A stretch of 4,337 nucleotides of DNA. It comes from a virus. Lineage: Duplodnaviria > Heunggongvirae > Uroviricota > Caudoviricetes. A model generated the notes under the pieces. The model was not told the origin of the DNA, did not search any database, and worked only from the letters and a program-made list of their open reading frames with translations. Both the position numbers and the translations under genes were made by a program. Every line of letters starts with the position of its first letter. Position 1 is the stretch's first letter. The stretch spans positions 1 through 4,337 of the IMG/VR virus record IMGVR_UViG_2609459830_000011, one strand, 5' to 3'. This document shows, piece after piece, positions 1 to 4,337 of this stretch.

Positions 1-309
1 CCCCGGGGGCCCGGTTCCCCCTCCCGGCCCAGCCACACCTGTTTCTCCTTTCGGTCCCTGTGGGCCTGCCGGGCCTGCTGCCCCGGTGTCTCCCTTTGGA
101 CCCTGTGGACCTGTACTTCCTGTCAGCCCGGTCTCTCCCCGCTCTCCCCTGTCGCCTTTCGGCCCCTGCGGACCTGCCGGACCAGCATCACCTGCCGGTC
201 CCCGTTCGCCGGTTGCCCCGACAGGGCCGGTGTCACCGCGCTCTCCCTTATCACCCTTCGGCCCCTGAGGACCCGCGGGCCCCTGTTCCCCCTTTGGCCC
301 GGGAGGTCC
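1..309 (-). repeat. Collagen-like Gly-X-Y coding tract, at least 34 uninterrupted triplets (Stf aa 251-353+), with imperfect ~100-bp-period direct repeats
   Basis: Seen in sequence: translation reads [103 protein letters not shown] with Gly at every third residue. The DNA shows recurring near-identical blocks (plus ~48-77, ~155-183, ~255-285; e.g. cctttcggtccctg / cctttcggcccctg / ccttcggcccctg) encoding repeated GPQGPKG units. The tract continues past the window edge. Confidence 0.85.
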
Positions 310-1059
310 CACCACGGTGGGGATTCGGTTTACGGCCTCTTCCGCCGCTATCCTGCTTTGTTCCGCTGACTGTGCGCTTTCTGCTGACTCCCGGGCTTTT
401 TCTGCTGCGGTCGTTGCATCCCTGGCTGCATTACCGGCTGCACTTTCTGCCGTCTTTTTTGACAACTCAGCATCTGTTGCACTTTGTAATGACTCACTGG
501 CTTTTTGAGCGGCCGCAGAGGCCGAGGACGAGGACGCCTCCTCTGACTGCTTTGCAGCGGCTGCACTTTCTGCCGCCTGCCGGGCTGACTCCGATGCATC
601 CCCTGCTGAAGTGTCAGCATTTGCAGCGCTCTCTTCTGCCTGACTGGCTGATATGCCGGCATTCCTCGCTGACGTCTCCGCCTCTCCGGCATTCTTCTTC
701 GCCTCCTCAGCGTGACGCGCCGCTTCTTCCACCATCAGTTCAAAACGACGCAGTGCCTCCGGCCGGACGTCATCCTCCGACATGGCACCGAGAAAATCAT
801 TCAGCGTCCCCGGTTGAGAATCTTCATACACGGTGATGGTCCCGGCATGTGACGGAGGAAATCCCTCCACCAACAGAATGACGCTGTACTGACCGTACTC
901 AACATCCATGCTGTAACGTCCGGCTTCATCCGGATTTTCAGAGGCCACCGTGTTCACCACCACCGTGCTGCTGGTTCGTCTGGCCTTCAGCACAATGGTG
1001 CAGTTCTGTACTGGTTTTCCTGTGCCATCTTTAAGCACGCCAGAAATTTTTACTGTCAT
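1..1059 (-). CDS. stf: Side tail fibre protein Stf, N-terminal 353 codons (partial; 3' end runs beyond window position 1)
   Basis: Seen in sequence: reverse-complement translation from ATG (plus 1057..1059) is stop-free for 353 codons to position 1, starting [93 protein letters not shown]. This closely matches my recollection of the N-terminus of lambda Stf (orf-401), not verified by alignment. It is followed by an Ala/Ser/Glu-rich segment and then a Gly-X-Y tract. Position directly downstream of lom on the same strand matches lambda gene order. Absent from the ORF track because there is no in-window stop. Confidence 0.85.
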   Translation of the reverse strand, partial: MTVKISGVLKDGTGKPVQNCTIVLKARRTSSTVVVNTVASENPDEAGRYSMDVEYGQYSVILLVEGFPPSHAGTITVYEDSQPGTLNDFLGAMSEDDVRPEALRRFELMVEEAARHAEEAKKNAGEAETSARNAGISASQAEESAANADTSAGDASESARQAAESAAAAKQSEEASSSSASAAAQKASESLQSATDAELSKKTAESAAGNAARDATTAAEKARESAESAQSAEQSRIAAEEAVNRIPTVVGPPGPKGEQGPAGPQGPKGDKGERGDTGPVGATGERGPAGDAGPAGPQGPKGDRGERGETGLTGSTGPQGPKGDTGAAGPAGPQGPKGETGVAGPGGGTGPPG

Positions 1060-1064
1060 ACTTT

Positions 1065-1070
1065 TCCACC
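1065..1070 (-). promoter_or_regulatory. Candidate Shine-Dalgarno for stf (GGTGGA, 5 nt upstream of the ATG)
   Basis: Seen in sequence: minus-strand reads GGTGGA-AAAGT-ATG. Purine-rich but imperfect match to the GGAGG core. Confidence 0.35.
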
Positions 1071-1071
1071 A

Positions 1072-1106
1072 ATAAAAAAAGCCCGCAGCAGTGACGCCAC
1101 GGGCTT
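1072..1106 (-). terminator. Rho-independent terminator downstream of lom (minus-strand orientation)
   Basis: Seen in sequence: minus-strand RNA would read GCCCGUGGCG-UCAC-UGCUGCGGGC, roughly a 10-bp stem including three G-U wobbles, extendable by flanking A/U pairs, followed directly by UUUUUUUAUU (plus 1071..1080 is aataaaaaaa). On the plus strand the A-run precedes the hairpin, so it terminates minus-strand transcription only. Lies ~105 bp downstream of the lom stop and ~15 bp upstream of the stf ATG. Confidence 0.6.
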
Positions 1107-1135
1107 CAGGACAGTGTAACTTTACGTTTCCTCAA

Positions 1136-1170
1136 ACGCAGTTCACCCCATAAGGTGGATGAACCTGCGT
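1136..1170. repeat. Imperfect inverted repeat / potential stem-loop in the lom-stf intergenic region
   Basis: Seen in sequence: plus acgcagttcacc-ccataa-ggtggatgaacctgcgt. Arms acgcag/ctgcgt, ttca/tgaa and cacc/ggtg pair, with small bulges and a 6-nt loop. No function can be assigned from sequence alone. Confidence 0.3.
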
Positions 1171-1210
1171 ATCATAACAATATTTACAGAAGATAAATCG
1201 GCGTCTGTTG

Positions 1211-1810
1211 TCAGAAACGGTATCCGATACCAACAATAAATGCATCCGATCGCCAGTCGCCACTACCGGAACCTTCATAAGCAAGGTCAATGGTCACGGA
1301 TTCGGTCGGGTTAAACTGCACGCCAGCCCCCCACGCCAGAGACGTGTTGCTGTGGCGACCGTCATCACTTCCGGTCAGCACATCGTGCGTTTTCCCCTTG
1401 TTGTCAGTTACGCGGAGATAATCCCCGGAGAAAGTCGACACACGGCTGTAAGCCACACCCGCCATCGCATACGCGCTGAACCATTCATTCACGCGTACAG
1501 ACGGCCCCGCCATCACGCTGAACCAGCGGTTACGCACGGAATCTTCATGCCAGCGGGTATCGCTGTAGCGCGTTTTTTGCTCATCCTCAGCATTGGCATA
1601 ACTGAAGGACGTAATCAGCCCCAGCGCGTCCATAAACTCATAACGGTATTTCACGTTAATCCCGTTCAGATCATCACTACCGGGAACGTTCGTCGAGGCA
1701 TGGAGATACCCCGCGCTCAGCGTGGACTGATGTTCTGCTGCACTCGCTGGCGTAGCAGCGGCGACCTGCCAGACTACTGCGGACAAAATAACAGCACATA
1801 ATTTACGCAT
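1211..1810 (-). CDS. lom: Outer membrane protein Lom (Ail/Lom/PagC family 8-stranded beta-barrel), complete, 199 aa
   Basis: Seen in sequence: complete ORF from ATG (plus 1808..1810) to TGA (1211..1213). N-terminal signal-peptide-like segment MRKLCAVILSAVVWQVAAATPASA followed by AEHQSTLSAGYLHA. Internal motifs NGINVKYRYEF, SVMAGPSVRVNEWFSAYAMAGVAYSRV, AWGAGVQFNP, AYEGSGSGDWRSDAFIVGIGYRF and a C-terminal aromatic residue (F) typical of OMP beta-barrels. Closely matches my recollection of lambda Lom (not verified by alignment). Located between J and stf as in lambda. Confidence 0.92.
   Translation of the reverse strand: MRKLCAVILSAVVWQVAAATPASAAEHQSTLSAGYLHASTNVPGSDDLNGINVKYRYEFMDALGLITSFSYANAEDEQKTRYSDTRWHEDSVRNRWFSVMAGPSVRVNEWFSAYAMAGVAYSRVSTFSGDYLRVTDNKGKTHDVLTGSDDGRHSNTSLAWGAGVQFNPTESVTIDLAYEGSGSGDWRSDAFIVGIGYRF
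1739..1810 (-). other. Predicted Sec signal peptide of Lom (aa 1-24, cleavage likely after ASA)
   Basis: Seen in sequence: basic N-terminus (MRK), hydrophobic core (LCAVILSAVVWQVAAA), then ASA|AE consistent with an AxA signal peptidase I site. The exact cleavage position is an inference. Confidence 0.55.
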
Positions 1811-1815
1811 AATTA

Positions 1816-1821
1816 CCTCTC
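1816..1821 (-). promoter_or_regulatory. Shine-Dalgarno for lom (GAGAGG, ~5 nt upstream of the ATG)
   Basis: Seen in sequence: minus-strand reads AAGCGAGAGGTAATT-ATG. Confidence 0.5.
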
Positions 1822-1834
1822 GCTTTTCTGCAAT

Positions 1835-1858
1835 AAAAAAGGCGCCATTTCTGGCGCC
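1835..1858 (-). terminator. Rho-independent terminator between J and lom (minus-strand orientation)
   Basis: Seen in sequence: minus-strand RNA would read GGCGCCA-GAAA-UGGCGCC, a perfect 7-bp GC-rich stem with a GNRA-type tetraloop, followed by UUUUUUAUUG. Lies ~20 bp downstream of the J stop. On the plus strand the A-run is upstream of the hairpin, so it is not a plus-strand terminator. Confidence 0.65.
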
Positions 1859-1877
1859 CGTATCTGGGTTATAAAAT

Positions 1878-4337
1878 TCAGCTGATACTGATACCTGCTG
1901 TGGATTTTTTCATCACCACAACCAGCAGATCGCTGATACTGGTTGTTGGTGTCCAGTTATTCGCTCCTGATGAAGATACGGTGAATGTCAGTGTCAGCGT
2001 CCCCTGTCCGGCAGGCATATCTATAACTGAAGAAAATACGCCCTGAGCATCCGTCGTGGACTGATTAAAAATCTCCTGACCATTGCGGGTCACTCTTAAC
2101 CGGCAGGTTGAATACCAGTATGACTGTTGGTTATTACTGTTGAAATTCTCATGCTTACCACCGCGGAATAACACTGGCGGTATCATGACCTGCCGGTCAA
2201 ACTTCTGATCATCACTGATTCTTACCGTGATGGTGCCACTGGCATAAGTGCTCGTGCGGGGGAAAGACTTGCTGACCGTTTTGACAATATCGCCTTCAAT
2301 CTGGTTGGCTGACAGTTTCCCCTTAATCTGACAGTTCTCATTAATCGTGACGTTGTTGAGCGTCCCTGAGTTCGCATTCACACTGCCACTGATATCCGCA
2401 TTTTTCGCCGTCAGTCGCCCGTCCGGCGTCAGGGAAAACGTCGGGGGGTTGCCGGATGACGTGATACTCACCGCAAACAGTCGTTTCAGGAACACGTCGT
2501 TCATGAACAGCTGATTCCCCTGCGCCACAAATAACGGCGTGCTGTTGCCGCTCTCCGGATTTATCATCGCGATACGGTCAGCCAGCAGCAGTATGTTGCT
2601 CAGTGGCTGGCCATCAGTATCCTCAATCCCTGCACCAATCCCGGCCACATAGGGAATGCCGTCTTTCGTTTTTTGAACCTTCAGCATGTACAGCGCAGCC
2701 AGGTCATCATTTGTGTCCTTCTGCACGCGCTGTATCTGCTGTATGGTGGCGCTCTGGTTCTCCAGTGTTTTGTTGACCGTCTGTGTGATTTCATTGCGGG
2801 TTTCCGTGATGCTGGTCTTCATCTCCGCCATCTCATCTGCAAGCTGGCTGTTATCTATCAGTTCCCACAACCCCTGAGCCAGATGCAGTTTTCCTATTTT
2901 TTCCCGGAAAAATTCCAGATACCCTTCACCATCATTGCTGGGCTGCCCGCTGACTTCCACAAACGCAGATTTCCCCACCAGGTTGACGCTGCGCACGTAA
3001 AACCAGAAATCCTTCCCGGGCTTAATGTGCGGGCCGGATACACTCCACTGACTGCCGGTCCCCAGATAACGGGCAGAGGTTTCCACCTGAGATGTGTCTG
3101 CGATTTTTGCCTCCGAAAACCAGAATTCAAACTGTACCGTCGGGTCATATACAGCCAGTTTCGGGACCGCCGTTATCTGAAAATAGCCCGGTGTCAGCTC
3201 AATCTGTGACGGCGCTGCCGGTGCGGCAATCCGGAACGATACCGACGCCGGATCGCCCTGCTGCCCCCACGCATTTACCGCCCGGACTGTCAGCCTGTAG
3301 CTCCCCGGCGCCAGTTGCGTGAAGCGGTATGTGGTTTCCGTCGTCCGGGCCGTGCTGACCAGCCGCTCACTGCCGTCATCCGCGGCCACGGTCAGGCGAA
3401 GCATAAAGCTCACGCCCTTCACCACCTTCGGCGTGTCCCATTTCGCCTGTGCCAGATACTGACCGTCAGCTGCGCTCACCTCCACCGTCAGGTGCTGCAC
3501 TGCCGGAGGGATGACGCTGTTCAGGGTGCCTGACTGCGGCTCAAAGCTGGCCCCGTTATCCACGATGGCTTCCTTTTCCGGTACGTGCTGCACCGCCGTG
3601 ATGGCAAAGGTACCGTCCGTGTTTTCCCGGATGGAAACACAGCGGAACAGGCGACGACGCAGTGACGGCAGGGAGAGTCCCCATACACCGTATGTCTCCA
3701 CACCATCAGGCAGGGTGCTGACCTGTATCCGGTCCGGCGCGGGGTGTGCAGTGATGGCCACGCTCACCGGCTTACCGCTGCCGTTAATCAGGTTCACCGT
3801 GGCGGCACCGGTCTCCGGCAGGGTCACCTCACGGTCCAGCGTCAGGGTGCGGCTGGCGGCATCGATGGACAGGACACGTCCGCCGGTCATGGTCCCGGCA
3901 TAGTCGTTATCACAGATTTCAATAATGTCACCGGGTGTGTGACGCAGCCCCTGTGACCCGAGCGTGAAATCCACCGTCTGCGTTTCCAGCAGTCCGGTCT
4001 TTATCACCCACAGCCCGGCACGGTGGGCCTGACCGCGACTGGTGCAACCGAACGCATCCATCTTCAGCAGGTTGCGCCCGTAGCGCAGTATGGCTTCCGG
4101 GTCTTCCACCAGTTCCGTGGAGGTCTGCCAGCCGTTCTGCGGGTCGGTGTAATTCACCTCCACCGCCGTGTGGCGGTCCTTCAGGGCGCTGAAGCTGTAG
4201 CGAAACCCCACGCCGTTATCATCCACCACCACATCGCTGTTGGTGTACGGCCACACCACATCCGACTGGCGGTCCTGAACGAACGTCAGCGTCTGGCCGT
4301 TCCATACCGGCATACAGCGCATCGCCGAGCAGAAATC
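1878..4337 (-). CDS. J: Tail tip / host-specificity protein J (central tail fibre), C-terminal ~819 codons (partial; 5' end lies beyond window position 4337)
   Basis: Seen in sequence: the minus-strand frame is open from the window edge (4337) to TGA at 1878..1880. The first in-frame codons read [23 protein letters not shown], so the Met at 4322 is internal. Landmarks matching my recollection of lambda J (not verified by alignment): [51 protein letters not shown], fibronectin-III-like segment [86 protein letters not shown]. Ends GISIS. Confidence 0.93.
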   Translation of the reverse strand, partial: DFCSAMRCMPVWNGQTLTFVQDRQSDVVWPYTNSDVVVDDNGVGFRYSFSALKDRHTAVEVNYTDPQNGWQTSTELVEDPEAILRYGRNLLKMDAFGCTSRGQAHRAGLWVIKTGLLETQTVDFTLGSQGLRHTPGDIIEICDNDYAGTMTGGRVLSIDAASRTLTLDREVTLPETGAATVNLINGSGKPVSVAITAHPAPDRIQVSTLPDGVETYGVWGLSLPSLRRRLFRCVSIRENTDGTFAITAVQHVPEKEAIVDNGASFEPQSGTLNSVIPPAVQHLTVEVSAADGQYLAQAKWDTPKVVKGVSFMLRLTVAADDGSERLVSTARTTETTYRFTQLAPGSYRLTVRAVNAWGQQGDPASVSFRIAAPAAPSQIELTPGYFQITAVPKLAVYDPTVQFEFWFSEAKIADTSQVETSARYLGTGSQWSVSGPHIKPGKDFWFYVRSVNLVGKSAFVEVSGQPSNDGEGYLEFFREKIGKLHLAQGLWELIDNSQLADEMAEMKTSITETRNEITQTVNKTLENQSATIQQIQRVQKDTNDDLAALYMLKVQKTKDGIPYVAGIGAGIEDTDGQPLSNILLLADRIAMINPESGNSTPLFVAQGNQLFMNDVFLKRLFAVSITSSGNPPTFSLTPDGRLTAKNADISGSVNANSGTLNNVTINENCQIKGKLSANQIEGDIVKTVSKSFPRTSTYASGTITVRISDDQKFDRQVMIPPVLFRGGKHENFNSNNQQSYWYSTCRLRVTRNGQEIFNQSTTDAQGVFSSVIDMPAGQGTLTLTFTVSSSGANNWTPTTSISDLLVVVMKKSTAGISIS

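Noticed and set aside
1-309. Treating the GC-rich periodic repeat at the left edge as a non-coding tandem repeat or CRISPR-like array
   Set aside because: The periodicity is exactly 3 nt with Gly codons at every third position, in frame with the upstream stf ORF. It is a coding collagen-like repeat.
86-508. Short plus-strand ORFs (86..268, 317..508)
   Set aside because: Antisense to stf. Low-complexity Pro/Ser/Ala-rich translations typical of a reverse-strand reading of Gly-X-Y and Ala-rich coding DNA.
348-692. Minus-strand 114-aa ORF, Arg/Gln-rich
   Set aside because: Alternate reading frame nested inside the stf coding frame on the same strand. Composition is an artefact of the repetitive GC-rich DNA.
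60-836. Plus-strand 258-aa ORF (GTG start), Pro/Leu/Arg-rich
   Set aside because: Antisense to the stf Ala/Ser/Glu and collagen-like regions. Its openness comes from the GC-rich, Gly/Pro-codon-biased opposite strand. Low-complexity product, no RBS.
1208-1801. Plus-strand 197-aa ORF almost exactly coextensive with lom
   Set aside because: Starts with TTG and is entirely antisense to a well-supported lom gene. Its Arg/His-rich translation has no recognisable domain character. The unusual co-extent is noted but is most simply a chance antisense open frame.
1835-1858. Reading the two hairpins as plus-strand terminators
   Set aside because: On the plus strand the A-tract precedes each hairpin and no T-tract follows. 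Only the minus-strand orientation gives hairpin + U-tract.
1811-1900. Sigma70 promoter for lom in the J-lom spacer
   Set aside because: Only weak hexamer candidates (e.g. TTGCAG with poor -10 spacing; TATAAC without a good -35). Not supportable from sequence alone, so not annotated.
2673-3956. Plus-strand ORFs 2673..3209, 2686..2877, 3092..3322, 3315..3533, 3511..3903, 3744..3956 and minus-strand ORFs 2894..3148, 3521..3706
   Set aside because: All lie within the J coding region, antisense or in alternate frames. J has strong, continuous homology-type features across this whole interval.
4320-4322. Met at 4322 as the true start of the 814-aa ORF
   Set aside because: The frame stays open upstream to the window edge (DFCSA precedes MRCMP). 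I recall this Met as internal to lambda J. The gene is 5'-truncated by the window, not a short J variant.
1-4337. CRISPR arrays, tRNA/rRNA genes, IS elements or integrase / att sites
   Set aside because: No short regularly spaced direct repeats outside the protein-coding collagen tract, no tRNA-like cloverleaf candidates, no transposase or integrase ORFs, and no terminal inverted repeats were found.

Overview
This window is the distal end of a lambdoid (lambda-like, siphovirus-type) prophage tail module, most likely from an enterobacterial host. It holds three co-oriented minus-strand genes in the classic lambda order J -> lom -> stf. (1) The 3' ~2.46 kb of the central tail fibre / host-specificity gene J (1878..4337), whose reading frame is open to the window edge, so the listed Met at 4322 is internal. 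(2) A complete lom gene (1211..1810), an Ail/Lom/PagC-family outer-membrane beta-barrel 'moron', bracketed by two hairpin + U-tract intrinsic terminators. (3) The first 353 codons of a side tail fibre gene stf (1..1059), which runs off the left edge and is missing from the ORF track because it has no in-window stop. It contains an Ala/Ser/Glu-rich segment followed by at least 34 uninterrupted collagen-like Gly-X-Y triplets. All plus-strand ORFs in the track are antisense or alternate-frame artefacts of these three genes. I see no unassigned coding space and no evidence of a novel system here; the points worth a second look are the lom moron architecture, the collagen-like repeat tract, the J C-terminal specificity region and a structured lom-stf intergenic element. 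Identifications rest on my own translation and on recalled similarity to phage lambda J, Lom and Stf; no database search was run.
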